Origin: Fimbriosthenelais zetlandica
Taxonomy: Eukaryota
Assembly (NCBI GenBank): GCA_977030845.1
Contig: OZ365110.1
Span: forward strand, 54,188,001-54,252,000
Reading direction: 5' to 3'
DNA: 64,000 nucleotides
In this document: one piece after another, positions 31,056 through 44,160 of the stretch
Layout of the letters: each line of letters starts with the position of its first letter
How positions within the stretch are numbered: the stretch's first letter is position 1
Notes under the pieces: generated by a model
The model's database searches: none
What the model was told of the DNA's origin: nothing
Seen by the model: only the letters and a program-made list of their open reading frames with translations
Made by a program: the position numbers and the translations under genes

Positions 31056-31240
31056 GGCAGTGCTCCAGTGCTGCGATTTTGCTTGCGACAGTACTGCGAC
31101 AATGGTGACGCTTAAGTCGCAATGACTGGACTGTCTTCAGGCTTAGGGCAATTCAACCACAATTTAGAAACTTAATAGGCACAAAAGCATCACCTTTGTC
31201 GCGATGTGTCGCAAGCAAAATCGCAGCAGTGGAGTACCGA
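31056..31240. mobile_element. MITE family A copy 3
   Basis: ctgcgattttgcttgcgaca ... tgtcgcaagcaaaatcgcagcagtggag. Confidence 0.82.
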
Positions 31241-31589
31241 CGTAATTACATAAAGCTTTGAGCAGATGAAATCGCATAAAAATACCAGCTGTTATCACTG
31301 ATGCAATCAAAATGATATGATTCAATTTAAACTTCTTACTGTTTCCAATCTCAATCCAGGATAAATTCTAATCTGATACACAGACTAAAATCATAACGAT
31401 TGCCTTTCACTTGCCTTGTATTTTTTACCATTGAACAAAGGCAAACCGCTTATCTGTGTCTGCTGATTGAAATGGACAACAATAGTAGTGTTAATGTCAT
31501 TTAGTGCACCATTGTATTGGACGCTATATTATTATATTATGGCATGATATACCATAATGGTCAACTATACCACCCACGGCAGCAATGAT

Positions 31590-32190
31590 TCTCTCATCAC
31601 AAACAGTGGGAGACATGGCTGGCCTTGCACATGCCTCTCAGCACAGACAGTGGGAGACATGGCTGTTCTTTTACATGCATCTCATTACAGACATTGGGAG
31701 ATATGGCTGGCCTTTTACATGCCTCTCACCACAGACAGTGGGAGACATGATTGGCCTTTTACATGCCTCTCAGCACAGACAGTGGGAGACATGGCTGGCC
31801 ATTTACATGCGTCTCACCACAGACAGTGGGAGACATGATTGGCCTTCCACATGCCTCTCACCACAGACATTGGGAGACATGGGTGGCCTTCCACATGCCT
31901 CTCACCACAGACAGTGGGAGACATGGCTGGCCTTTTACATGCCTCTCAGCACAGACAGTGGGAGACATGATTGGCCTTTTACATGCCTCTCACTACAGAC
32001 AGTGGGAGACATGATTGGCCTTTTACATGCCTCTCACCACAGACAGTGGGAGACATGGCTGAACTTTCACATGCCTCTCACCACAGACAGTGGGAGACAT
32101 GATTGGCCTTTTACATGCCTCTCACCACAGACATTGGGAGACATGGCTGGCCTTCCACATGCCTCTCATTACAGATATTGGGAGACATGG
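31590..32190 (+). repeat. 44-bp minisatellite (acatgcctctcaccacagacagtgggagacatggctggcctttt), about 13.5 copies
   Basis: Period 44 (31805/31849). Explains the repetitive ORFs here. Confidence 0.97.
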
Positions 32191-32839
32191 AGACATGTAG
32201 ATTGGACGACAAACTAATATTAAACCCATTTACCATCCCCACCCCGACCCCACCCATTAAGGGCTGACCGCCTGTGATATGAATTATAGTCAGTATTAAG
32301 TGACTACGGATTATACAGCTCTCAGCGCATTAACTGATAGTTTCCATAATGGCGTCCATACCATTATGTACTCTCTCTGTAATTACAAATTACCTTTAGT
32401 AATTTCCTCTCAAGACCTGCTCTATAATACGCTGCCCCCCGTCTCACGATCCCGGACCTAATTATACCTGCAGCTCGTTTATTAGATGAGTTACAGTAGT
32501 TCATACAATCAACATTGCCTCATGTCGCGCATCTCTCTTATGGAATGGGCTTGATTCTGAGGACCATTTCATAAGATGCATGAGATACTGGAATTACCAT
32601 TCCATAAGATATAGACACTTTGTGCAAAGTGGTTAATGTACATCAGTACCAGAAACTGATGTGGTGGTTATGAAATGGACCTGCAGCCCGTTTCATAAAA
32701 AGAGACGATGCTTTAGAGCCAAATTAATGTATAGATTAATCAACATTATACATTTGTTCTTAATATATATATATAAATGTATGGCCAAGGTTATTCTTTC
32801 TTGCCCATCGGAAAAGACACTTATCCTGTTAAAGGTCTT

Positions 32840-33150
32840 GGAAATGTTTTAAACTTTAAAGAAAATAGATTCTTGACTAAACCTGTCCTGAAAACTTGGT
32901 AAATCTTGGGTTGATCTTTGAAAGATAAAAACATCGGATATGTTTAATCCTTTAAAAACAAATAGAAAGCGTAGATTCTTGACTATAATCCTGCCAATGT
33001 ACAGATGAATTCGCGATTGTCCTTGAGTGGGTTGGAAATATAAGGGTGTCGGGAACGCTTTAATCCTTAAAAAATGGAAAACGTAGATCCTTGACTAAAC
33101 CTGCCAAGGGGCAGATGAAAGAGCGGTTAGTCGTGGGTTAAGAATATGGC
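32840..33150 (+). repeat. Degenerate triplication, about 106-112 bp period
   Basis: tagat(t/c)cttgact at 32866, 32972 and 33084. Confidence 0.7.
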
Positions 33151-33612
33151 GCAAATTGCTTCAAAATATTATAGGAAACTGTAAAAGAGACCCAGGAGGG
33201 AGAGGGCTGTCTGAGAGATGAAGATCTCGCCTCAGGGAACGAGAAAAGTCGATATTTACATCAGCCCCGTGATTTGGCGAGATCCCGCGAAGACGGAGGA
33301 TCCGCGTCCCGACCCAATACAACTAGTAAATAGACCTCAATATAGACTTAAGTGTACACTGAAGGTTTTGTGGGGGGAGGGGCAGGTGGGGGAGGGGAGG
33401 GGGTGGTGAGGTAGGGGCTATGGTTAAGTGAGAGCAATTGCAATAGTGAGCTCTATAGATGTCTAAAACATGGCCTCCACTATCGGGATAACACTAACGG
33501 AAGGTTACATCTTAACAGGCAGATTTCTGTATAAAAATGTTAAATATTCTTTTAAACAAATGCAGGAGCGTACGCCACGAGTGACTCTCACATTGCAGAG
33601 GTTTTTGGGGGT

Positions 33613-33758
33613 GGCGATTGTGAGGCGATTGGGTGGCGATTGGGTGGCGATTGGTAGGCGATTGGGAGGCGATTGGGTGGCGATATATTGGGTGGCGATT
33701 GGGCGGCGATTGGATGGTGATTGGGTGGCGATTGTGAGGCGATTGTGAGGCGATTGGG
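33613..33758. repeat. 11-bp repeat ggcgattgggt, 13 units
   Basis: Direct count. Confidence 0.95.
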
Positions 33759-34430
33759 ATAGGATTTGAGGTGACGGGGCCTGGAGTGGAGGTGGCAGTC
33801 GGGTGGAGGTATAAAGCCATGCTGGGGGTAGTGGACTAATTTAGCCGGTGTTAGCACCATGGGGCGGGATCAGAAACAGACCGATTTCCAGTCTATTGGA
33901 AAGAGGCGGGGAGTCAATTCCAGGCAGTCGAGGCAATAAATGGACTGATACAAGCTGGTAGAAAACAAAGGTCAGTCAGCCACGCCTCCCTGGGCCTGTG
34001 GGGCAGAAGGGAAAACCTAGAGCAACGGCATACTTTGCACAATTTATTTATGTAAGTTTTTTTTGTGATTTTAGAGCTTAAAAACGCACAGTACATATGG
34101 CAAGCCATATTGAATACATCAAAAATAGCAATGCATGCCAATAAAGGAAGGAGTAATTGCATATCAATATTTCCTGATGGATTGATAATAATACCATAGG
34201 GTTGATGAAACGCCCTTTTTCCTTCACCTTCTTTTCTTCTAGAATCCCTAAACTTCACAACTATCATATATGATTAATTTACATTATATATTGCTATCTG
34301 CCCCATGTAAATGGGCCCCCATCGCCATTGCTACATAAGTTCCAAAACACGTTATTAGCAAAACATTTGCCTTTGCCGAACCTGGGCAGGATTACAAGAC
34401 CATCTTGACGATCAAACCGATAAAAATCAG

Positions 34431-34496
34431 GGCCTGTTTCAAAAGGAATATTAGCAATGCCAACTCAATGGCTAATATTCGTTTTGAAACAGGCTC
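34431..34496. mobile_element. Mini-MITE family B (hairpin) copy, CAG target duplication
   Basis: cag|ggcctgtttcaaaaggaatattagc-15nt-gctaatattcgttttgaaacaggctc|cag. Confidence 0.8.
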
Positions 34497-35606
34497 CAGG
34501 TCTGTGGAGATGGGCCTTAAAGGCTTTACAGCAGGATGAGCTTATTAAGTGTAGAGAGAGGAGCACTTGGTAAAAATACAGGCGAGCTCGTGAGGGGCTC
34601 AGCTAGAGCTGTCAGGGGTGATCTAAGATGGACCCCCCATGGACGCTCCACCGACGCTCACATTCACATCACGTCTCTATAGTGATCGGTTCATCATCTT
34701 GTCCATGATTGGTCCGATACAGATCACGTGGATGTTAACCTTTGACCTCTGCTCGGGGCTCTAGCCTCCCACTAGTTTAAACATTAAGGGCTTGGTCAGA
34801 GGTTGGGGGAGTGGGAGGTCGAGGGGGTAGGGTGGGTGGGATTGGGGAGAAAAATAGACTAGAAGGCTGGATGGGTGGGGATAGAGAGAGACAGAGACAG
34901 AAAGAGACAGAGAGAGACAGAGACAGAGACATAGAGAGACAGAGATGAGAAGAGATGATTAGGAATGAGAAAGGTGGAGAGAAGGGGGCAGGAGATAGGA
35001 AAACAGGAGGGCATAGGAATGGGAGAAAGTGAGATAGAGAATGAGGCATAAAGCAAGTGAAAGGAAGAAGGGTGAAAGATGCTGATAGACAGGGGAGAGA
35101 GACAGAGGTAGAAAAAAGAGGCAGTGATATGCAGGGGAGGGGCAGGGTGAGAGATCGAGTGTGAGGGACAGAGTTAGAGACAGAGGGAGTGAGGATGGAA
35201 AGTGATAGTGAGGGAGAGATTTAGCTGAGACAAAGATAGATGCAGAGCAAGGGAAAAAGACAGAAAGAGAGGGAGTGAAGAAAGAGAGAGATAGAGGGAG
35301 GGAGGGAGGGAGGGAGGGAGGGAGGGAGGGAGGGAGGGAGGGAGGGAGGGAGGGAGGGAGGGAGGGAGGGAGAGATGGAGAGAAAGTGAGAGAGATAGAA
35401 GAGAGAGACAGAGAGAGATAGAGATAGAGAGAGGTATAATGGGGGTGTTTAGCAGGGCAGTGCCGTTTAAACGGTTTATCATCATCAGTGTCTATTGGCC
35501 TGCCGTCCCCCGCCAGTCTCGTCTGGGTCGGTATCTAACTATTCAGGGAATACAAATGTGGCTTTTTACCAGGGGCGTGGACCCGGAGGCTAACTTGAAT
35601 ACTGAT

Positions 35607-35648
35607 GAGCCTGGACTGAGCCTGGACTGAGCCTGGACTGAGCCTGGA
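35607..35648. repeat. 11-bp repeat tgagcctggac x4
   Basis: Direct count. Confidence 0.9.
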
Positions 35649-35776
35649 GACCCAATGTTTACTTCATATTATTGATCTCCAGTCACTAACGCGAGGCGAG
35701 AGGAAGGGAGCCATCATTGATCGAAATTAAGAGCTTTTGGGCTCAATTCAAAGGAATTTGAAGGCAGACCTGCATG

Positions 35777-35842
35777 GGCCTGTTTCAAAAGGAATATTAG
35801 TAATGCTAAGTCTATGGCTAATACTCGTTATGAAACAGGCTC
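35777..35842. mobile_element. Mini-MITE family B copy
   Basis: Same TIRs. Confidence 0.78.
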
Positions 35843-36044
35843 CAGTAATGATATCATATCATTTAATTGGCCTACATTTTGGTATAATGTACACTATGCA
35901 GAGGGGGCTCACTATATATAATATATTCATAATTGGGACTAATTTCATTCTTTTTGTATACTATAGGTGGTCGTTTAAATTTCGTGTTATATACATTAGT
36001 TTCTAACTATTTAAGGATGACATTTGGGGCATCTAACACATCTG

Positions 36045-36111
36045 GGGCATGTTTCAGAACAAGCATTAACAATGCTAAGTGTATGGGAAATGTTTACGCC
36101 GAAACAGGCCC
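36045..36111. mobile_element. Mini-MITE family B copy (diverged)
   Basis: ctg|gggcatgtttcag ... gaaacaggccc|cta. Confidence 0.65.
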
Positions 36112-37289
36112 CTAGTTCTGGCCATTTAATGCTCACATAGTGAGAGTGTCGGTTTAGTGAGGTGGTCATGTAATGAGAACCCACTGTACAATCAGCCTAT
36201 GTGTATCCACCATATATATACATGGATAAAAAAGAAACGTCTGCCCTCCAATCGAGACAAACTGCAGCAATAATTAACAACACCTCACAAAGAAAGAAGT
36301 GCGGACAAAGCGGCCATGATTTATGCACCAAGTAAAGCCATATGTTTGATGAGGCCAGCTTTGATACTCTAGCCTGAGCAGTGTCGGCTTTGTATGCGAT
36401 CGCTGGCGATCTAAGCCTTTGAACGTGTAGTCGCGGATTCAGAGCGGAAGGCGTCAAATGATAAAGAGATGTAAGGGTGTGCTGATTCCGGCTCCCCAGC
36501 TTAACTGCTGTAGCCGACCAGTCATCTCCCTCTACTTAACACTCTTTTGGATCAAGGCTTCTCTGATCCACGACACCTCCATGCAGCTTGTCTCACTACT
36601 GCCTCCTCCTCCCACCTCCTCCAACACCACCCCTACCTTCTCCAGTTGTGGAAGAGGGTGGGCTGGGGGGATGGGGTAAGGGGGGCCCTGTTATTGCTCT
36701 GTCATCTAGGTACTCATTGTCCATTCTCAAAATTATATTTATGTATTGGAAAGGATATTATTGTGATCGATTGAATGGGTTTTAACGTCACTTTCAATAA
36801 TTGTTCAGTTATATCATGACGGTGCCTACTTCTGACAGTGAGCTATTGGAAGGTATCAATTTAATTTCTCGTAGTAAGGGACATATGAAGATAAATTTGA
36901 GGATCGCCAACCTAAATAAATGGGCCTGCATTCATAGGTTCTTGACAACTGAATTACCCAGAAATGTTTTACTACTTTTTCTGCTATTTCGTTTTCCCTT
37001 CATTATTCATTTGACTCAATATTTGTTTTAATATGAGTGCCCCCCCCCCCACCATTCACAGGGTCTGAGTGCCCCCCCCCCCCCCCCCCCCACACACACA
37101 CTCCTAGGGTCTGAGTGCCCCCTCCCCCCCCCCACCCTCTCCACTGAGCTCCTCTCGCTGATTTTCTGCTACTTCTTCTGCTCCGGAAGACTAAGGAACT
37201 AAGCTGCACTGAGTGACATAGGAGAAGGGAACAATCTGTGCGGAGGTGAAGCCATTCCTGCTAATGATGCGGATTTGTTGGGTGGGGGG

Positions 37290-38050
37290 TGCGGGGGAGA
37301 TGGGGAGGGGATGGGGAGGCTGAAAGGGGAGATGGGAGGGGATGGGGGGACTGGCAGGGGATGAGGATGGAGAAGAGGGGGGAGAGATGGGGAGGGGGTT
37401 GTGGGGGAGATGGGGAGGGGATGGGGGAGATGGGGAGGCTGAAAGGGGAGATGGAAGGGGATGGGGAGGCTGAAAGGGGAGATGGAAGGGGATGGGGAGG
37501 CTGGCAGGGGATGAGGATGGAGAAGAGGGGGGAGAGATGGGGAGGGGGAGGGGGTTGTGGGGGAGATGGGGAGGGGATGGGGGAGATGGGGAGGCTTAAA
37601 GGGGAGATGGAAGGGGATGGGGAGGCTGAAAGTGGAGATGGAAGGGGATGGGGAGGCTGAAAGGGGAGATGGAAGGGGATGGGGAGGCTGAGTGGGGAGA
37701 TAGGGGATGGGAGGCTGAGTGGAGAGGTGGGGGTGTGGGGAGGATGGAGGAGAAGGATGGGGGAGTGGAATGGGGGTGGATGAGAGGATAGATGGGGGTG
37801 GGGTGGAGAGGATGGGGTTGGGAAATGGGGAGGTGAGGTGGAGGGAGAGCGAGGTGGAGGTCTATAAGATAGACTTAGTTGGGGACAGTGGGTATAGGGG
37901 TAGAGAATTGAGGCGGGAAATGGGGCTGGCGGTGGAGTGGGTGGGGGTAGAGGATAGAGGTGGGGGTGGGTGGGGGTAGAGGATAGAGGTGGGGGTGGGT
38001 GGGGGTCGGGGATAGAGGTGGGGGTGGGTGGAGGATGAGTGGGTTGGGGA
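37290..38050. repeat. G-rich complex repeat with a higher-order period of about 150 bp
   Basis: ctggcaggggatgaggatggagaag at 37351 and 37501; G4-prone. Confidence 0.88.
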
Positions 38051-38297
38051 TGTGAATGTAAGAAGATAAGTAGAATGTGGCTGAAAGGCTGCTAATTCCC
38101 CTGATGCCCAATACAAGCGGGCATCAAGTCTAAGGATATTTGGTTGGCGGGAAGTGTTTATCTAGAAGCCTTTCATTATTATGATCCCATGGAAAAACAA
38201 CTGTCATCCAAATCTCCTGCGACTTCAAGGTGAATTGGTTCAAATATTGTTTTGGTTCATGAGCATTCTGTACCCAGTTCTATTAATTCGGATGCCA

Positions 38298-38517
38298 AAG
38301 GCCAGCCATGTCTCCCAATGTCTGTGGTAAGAGGCATGTAAAATGCCAGCCATATGTCTCCCAATGTCTGTGGTAAGAGGCATGTAAAATGCCAGCCATG
38401 TCTCCCAATGTCTGTGGTGAGAGGCATGTAAAATGCCATCCATGCCTCCCACTGTCTGTGGTAAGAGGCCTGTAAAATGCCAGCCATGTCTACCACTGTG
38501 GTGAGAGGCATGTAAAA
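38298..38517 (-). repeat. 44-bp minisatellite family, about 5 copies, reverse orientation
   Basis: gccagccatgtctcccaatgtctgtggtaagaggcatgtaaaat. Confidence 0.93.
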
Positions 38518-41500
38518 AGTAACGCCCACTGTCTTGAGCTAGATCAGTGGAATCCCCCCGAAAAAAATAATAAAAATTTCTTATCAGAGAACTTTAGAAG
38601 AAGTACACGCTAGTGCAGGTCCAGATAGATTAAGAAAAGTGGAACAATTTCAACAATTTTAACTTGATTTCTTGGAAGTTTGAGGACCACCCAGTTCCTA
38701 AATCATTGTCCTATAAATGTAACACTCCCATAAAAAGCTTAGACGCTCTACACATTAAGTCTATTTGTAGCATCAACCTCACTTAAGTGTCCCTAAACTT
38801 GACTAATGTCTGTGTGAATTAAGAAGCACTCTTCCTAATCCTAAAGCGTTCGTCAAATGCCTTCTGCCAGGGCTGGCTTGTCTCCCTTTAAAACATTGAA
38901 TGGTTTCAGTTTACCCTGGCCGGGTATCCACATGTCCCTATCCATGATCCCATCTCTTTAGGTCCCATCTAAAGGTGAATGGGTCCATTGTTATACACCC
39001 TGTCTTAAGTTGCCCATTGAGTGAAGCACCCCACAGCAGTTTCAACAGGTAGCTTGCTGCTTTGGCAAGTTTTGCAATACAAATCCCCTTTAATTGTGAG
39101 AGCGTTAGGTAATGTAAGTGATGGCGTCTCAGTGGCGTTTCCTTCCAGTCTCCTGGTTATAGGTGATAGGAAACAGGTGACAGGCGTACAATGCTTCCAC
39201 CTACAGGGTGTCTTCCTTATAGGGGAAAGACCAAGTATCGCTGAGCAATCTAGGCCCAGTCAAAAATACTAGTTTACCGTCCACCTTGTCCAATCTTCCA
39301 GGTACGGCTGGTTTTTGTTTTTATTTTAACATTCTCCATATGTACCATCTATACCCGATACGACTGTGTATTGTTTTTCTTTTGTGTGTGTCCACATAAT
39401 ACCAATTTGCCATGTTTTTTCTTCTTTGTTTTTGTTTTATTTATGAATGGATTTGTATTATGGTTAGACTATTTTCATGATCATGATTTTCATGAGGGCA
39501 GTTTAAAAGCTATGTAATCCCTCGAAATTGTGGATAGAGAAAAACAATTTTCTATATAAATGTCTGTCTAACTGAAATTTAAATTCTGAGACCGAAAGTT
39601 TCCTTTTGACAATTACAAATTACTTTCCCTGAATACAAGAAAACAGGGTGACTTCATAGGTTGTCGGGGGTTGCTAAACAAGTATTTGCCCGTGGCCTAA
39701 GCCCTATGTAGGGTGTCTAATCCGCACTACTAAATATTATGTCTAACTCTGAGGCTACTCGGACCTAGCGATCCGTGAGAGCTCCCCCCTCTCTCACCCC
39801 CTAGGGCTAATGATATCTTTGCTCTCTAATGGAGGAACTCCTCCTAATTGTGGCGGATAATCATCGACCTGACTGTTTACTTAATAGCCAGTACTCTATT
39901 CACCCATTGTTGTTGACTGGCTTTTAGAGTTGTCAGACTGGCTGACTGAACAAGCTTGGGGGTTGTACCGCCACTCCCCGAACAGTTGTCCTTTAAATGT
40001 GTCCTAATCACTACTCTACCACCGATTCAATTTAACCACCGATAATTTAACTCTGACATTTTGTCACTTACAACTGAATGCGAGAGATTTTTCCGATTCG
40101 AAAATACATCAAAATTTAATCGAGAAGCTGGCAAAGTAGATTTTTCAATATTTGTGTTTTTTTGTGTATTGGGTGTTTTGGAAGGTGTTCAGACGACATA
40201 AAAAGTTTGTTTAATCAATTATAAAAATGCGAATGTGAAGGAGTTTCCACATAAGAGGTGCCATGTCCGTGTATGCGGTAATTGAAAGGAAAGGTATTGA
40301 GATTATATGTTTAGCGGAGCGGGGGTCGCGCGGGGTCGATTATAATGTATGCCATAATGCTCGTAGGAAAACGACTTAAATTGCTGGGAAAATGCGTGGA
40401 AGAATGGTCCTGAAGAAAACGTGGCGACCATGGGTCGGTTGTGGGGTTAGGCTCACAGTTGTGCCTGCTCACCGGAGCGAAGTAAGCCCGACAATAGTCC
40501 AAGACGAGGGACGAGAACCACGGCGCCGAACCCCGACCAAGACTTCCCTTCCCGAGGTTCTCTGGTCCCGCCCCTTCCCTTAAAAAGCCTTTATCCCCTT
40601 TCCAACTCTTCCCCCCTGTTCCCTAAGTTCCTTGTATATATGCGCCTCTTTTCCCTGCGACAGTTGTAAGGCCCGTTTCAAAAAGAAATGCAGTTTCAAA
40701 CTCCGACCCAAAAGGCCTCTGAAGAAAAATATAGTAGGGAGATAATTGGTAAGAGAATGGGAAAAGAGGATAAAAATATTGGCGTAGCATCATTTTCTGA
40801 ATTGCTAATATAGTGTAGAAATCTGTACTTTCTTTTGAAACGGTCGCATTTCTGTACTTCCTTTTGAAACGGTCCCGTGGTATATTCAAGGCATTAGCAT
40901 CATCGTTGCTCGAGTTGTTTCTGCGAGTTTCCACTTGTTTTGTCCAAATGCCGCAGATAAAAAACGCCTCTATGGACAAACACAAAACTGTGACGGTGAC
41001 CGCTGGAGGGGGGTCTGAGGGCCTGTCTGACCCGCCTCTCTCCCCCCCCTCCCCCTCCATATACCTGCCTCTCTCTCCCCTCCCCCCCTCCATACCTGCC
41101 TCACTCCCCACCCCCTCCATACCTGCCCTGTCGCCGTCGCCCCTCATCTTGCCTCGTTAATTCCTTTCAAAAGACAAAATCAAGCGAGGAAAGTTGAGTT
41201 CATAGCCTGCAACCATGAGGGCCGCACCCGGCTAGTATACTTTCACATTTAATACGGCAGACATTGACTAAATCCTTCCTTACTGCTACATCTTACTCTC
41301 TTATAATCTTTTCCATTTAGCATTTCTTTTCCACAAAGTAGGCATTTTATTTGTATACAGGATGCGCTGTAAAGTCTTTCATTGCATAAATCAGTTAGTG
41401 TACTTTTTTAAAACTGATATATGTTAACAAGATTTAGTTGTGGAATTCTAAAATATGTAATTTTGACAATGATATGGTTGCATATACACTGCCGATTGCT

Positions 41501-41699
41501 GGACTCAAATATCAGCCGCCGATATTTGAACCAAATCAAGTGATTTTATCGCTTGAAATATGAACATGACACGACAGCAAAATGGTCGCCAGTGAGCATT
41601 TTGTGATGATCATTTTGTAAAATCCATTCAGTGTCAATGTACAAAACAGTCGCCTTTGCAGCATGCATTTCCTTTAATTCGGACGCTCAAAAAAGGCCA

Positions 41700-41732
41700 G
41701 CAATGGACAATGAAAAGTCTATAATGGGTTAA
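41700..41732 (-). mobile_element. Possible piggyBac-like terminus (TTAA|CCCATT...)
   Basis: Terminal motif only; no partner end found. Confidence 0.25.
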
Positions 41733-42225
41733 ATTAGCGCAAAACTCATTCTGAAATAGACCCATGGGAAAACCCTACCAGAGGCTACCAACCCGTCATG
41801 CTGATCCCTATACTGAACTCTCTCACAAATCTGTAAACCGACCATTTTACTCTTTCTGCTGGCCAAATGAGGCGGGACTGGTGGGTGAAGGCTATAGAGG
41901 CGAGCCCAGTGTCCAGTCGTGACACTTTGAGCCCACTATTGTCCACTCATTAAGGTATTTAACTAATTTCTGTGTGTATAATACGCTCGTTTTGGTATTA
42001 TAATGAAGCGAGAGTCCTTGACTTGGGTTCCCAACCGATGAAGTACAATCGTCTTTTCCCGACCAGTGAGTTTCAGCTTTACAGCTCCAGTATTTCCTGA
42101 TCGTGTTAGGCAATCCACGTCAAGTGGTTCAAATCCCGAGTGAATAGTCTAGAAATACTTGTTTATTTATTAAGCCACTACTTATATGCCTATATGTTCC
42201 CACTACATCGTATAGTTTAACGTTA

Positions 42226-42466
42226 AAAGCAGTATCCACTGCTGCGATTTTACTTGCAACACTTACGCGACAAATGCTTGTGTCACAATGAAAAATGTAC
42301 TAGTGGAAGACAGCCATAAGTCCTTGAACACTAGGATCAAGGATACTTGTAAATAGAGTATCCTTGCTTGGACCACAATATATTAATTTTATTGCGACAC
42401 AAGCATCACATTTCTCGCAGTAGTGTCGCAAGCAAAATCGCAGCAGTGGAGTATGTATACAGGCTT
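42226..42466. mobile_element. MITE family A copy 4
   Basis: Same TIRs; internal 10-bp inverted repeat caaggatact/agtatccttg. Confidence 0.8.
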
Positions 42467-42788
42467 TAGAGTGGTGTGTTATCAATCATATGTAGTTAAT
42501 CGGTGGACAAAAGACTTCCCGGTCGTCGCACGCACGTTTACAAGTCTATGGACCCCCAATAATCTCAGTCTCTTGACTCGGTTAAAGTTTATAAACGCGT
42601 GAACATTCACCATTAATGCTAGCCGATGCGGTGTGGTGCTTTTTTTGTGAATTGCTCTGTAATTCACGGGTGTGCGGTGTTCAACACGAACCCTGTCCCC
42701 ATACAAAGCCCGGTGTATGCCTCTGCTTGACCTGCCGGGCGTACAGTGGATATAGTATGTCTATAGGCTGTTTCTGAGATGGCTAAAT

Positions 42789-43194
42789 CTGATGCGTTTT
42801 CACTAAATGAGTCTAAAGTCACACAGGGCCATTGAGCGCTATGCCTGAAACCTTTGTAAACAAGCTACTTTTTTCGCTTAACATTTTCGCATTAAAAGCA
42901 AGTATACAATGTTTTGAATATGTTTGTGAGTGAAAGTGAGAAAAGTTCAACTTTGTGCGTATTATCCCTTCAAGATTTTTTCCAGTTGAACAGAGAATTG
43001 TCTGAAATGGGCATTTAGTCTAATTTCCACTGCCACTACTTTTATATTTTGAAATTTTATTAAATATATTTATAGTTTTCACATCTCAATATGCTATACA
43101 TAATTGGAACGCTCGTGATCTGCTCTATACCTATCTGCAACTAACCCAAAATCCATTTTTGCGACTTTAGACTCATTTAGTGAAAACACGTCAG
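42789..43194. mobile_element. About 406-bp MITE-like element with 34-bp inverted repeats
   Basis: ctgatgcgttttcactaaatgagtctaaagtcac (42789-42822) vs the reverse complement of 43161-43194: 31/34 identical. Confidence 0.8.
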
Positions 43195-43619
43195 AAATGG
43201 GGGGTCATAGGTAGGGCGTGTGTGTTCCACAAAATTAAGCAAGGTGACATGTATGAAATGACAGTAGACCATCGTAGATTAATAGCCCTACACTCTCCTA
43301 ACCTAACACCCGTTTCGCTGTTTACTCTTTTGTGAAACAACATTTCAAGGCAGGTTAAATGGGGAGAACATGCAATGAATGGCTTCTCACGACAAAATAC
43401 TCCATTCTCCAAGCTCTACACTACCCCCAAAAATGTTTATATACATTTTCAAAACAATTAAATCCTAACAAATAATAACAACATCCTCGTATAGACAAAA
43501 GGACATCCTTATAGAGCAAGAACTGTTTCAAATTCCTATTTTTTACATTATTAGTATAGGCCTGCTATTATGTCTGAATAGTAAAATGATTTCCCCTGAA
43601 ATAATCATGTTTTCTGAGA

Positions 43620-43645
43620 TGCACACATATTTTTGAGACACTGTA
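43620..43645 (-). mobile_element. Tc1/mariner-like terminus TA|CAGTGTCTCAAAAATATGTG
   Basis: TA plus CAGTG terminal pattern; no partner end found. Confidence 0.35.
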
Positions 43646-44071
43646 TATTATATATAGGGCAAACATGGACATTTGGGGGAAGGAAATCTTCGGGAATTAA
43701 CTAATGAGTTTGAGAAGGCAATTTCACAACTTGTTTCAAAACAAATATTCTCGAAGTATTTCATTAGTTTCAGGAATAAGCTGTGGTCTGTTCAAGCCTA
43801 TATTGCCATACTTTTGAAGTTACTACTGTACTTGCGTTCATTGTGAAGTAAGGGGTGCAATATGTTCTATTTCATGGCTTGAAAAAATGGCGGCCATCTT
43901 GAAATTTGGCCTCACAAAGTATCCATTTTGGTGCTTACATCACTATCTGAAAGATCATTTCACAGATCTGCTCTGCTATGAACCCCAAATCCAACCATTT
44001 ATTATGAAACCTGCCAGCACCTGCACAAGAAAAATAGAAGCGTAGCGAAAGCAATGTAGATTTTCACATAG

Positions 44072-44160
44072 AAAAGAGCCCCCAGTTGAAAATCATACGT
44101 GAACTTGAATCATCAAGAGTGTGAACTAGCTTCACCAATAACATGGCTCTATAAAAATTA
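44072..44160 (+). mobile_element. Interspersed repeat, 3 copies (also about 57424-57491 and 61203-61292), each followed by an A-rich tract
   Basis: catacgt(g/aa)aacttgaatcatcaagagtgtga(a/g)ct(a/g)gcttcaccaataa shared by all copies. Confidence 0.85.

Noticed and set aside
31557-32217. 210-aa and other repetitive ORFs (also 25671-26701, 38240-38529, 33470-33860, 37289-37660, 16905-17971)
   Set aside because: Translations of minisatellites or simple repeats.
39005-39230. Minus-strand open stretch containing LYCKTCQSSKLPVETAVGC (zinc-finger/B-box-like)
   Set aside because: Only one CxxC, the remaining ligands are missing, and no splice context was found; probably chance or an unrecognisable relic.
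42126-42137. tRNA B-box-like GGTTCAAATCCC
   Set aside because: No A-box, acceptor stem or cloverleaf around it.
43865-43885. Double YY1-like AAAATGGCGGCCATCTT
   Set aside because: Lies in AT-rich transposon-like sequence rather than an island.
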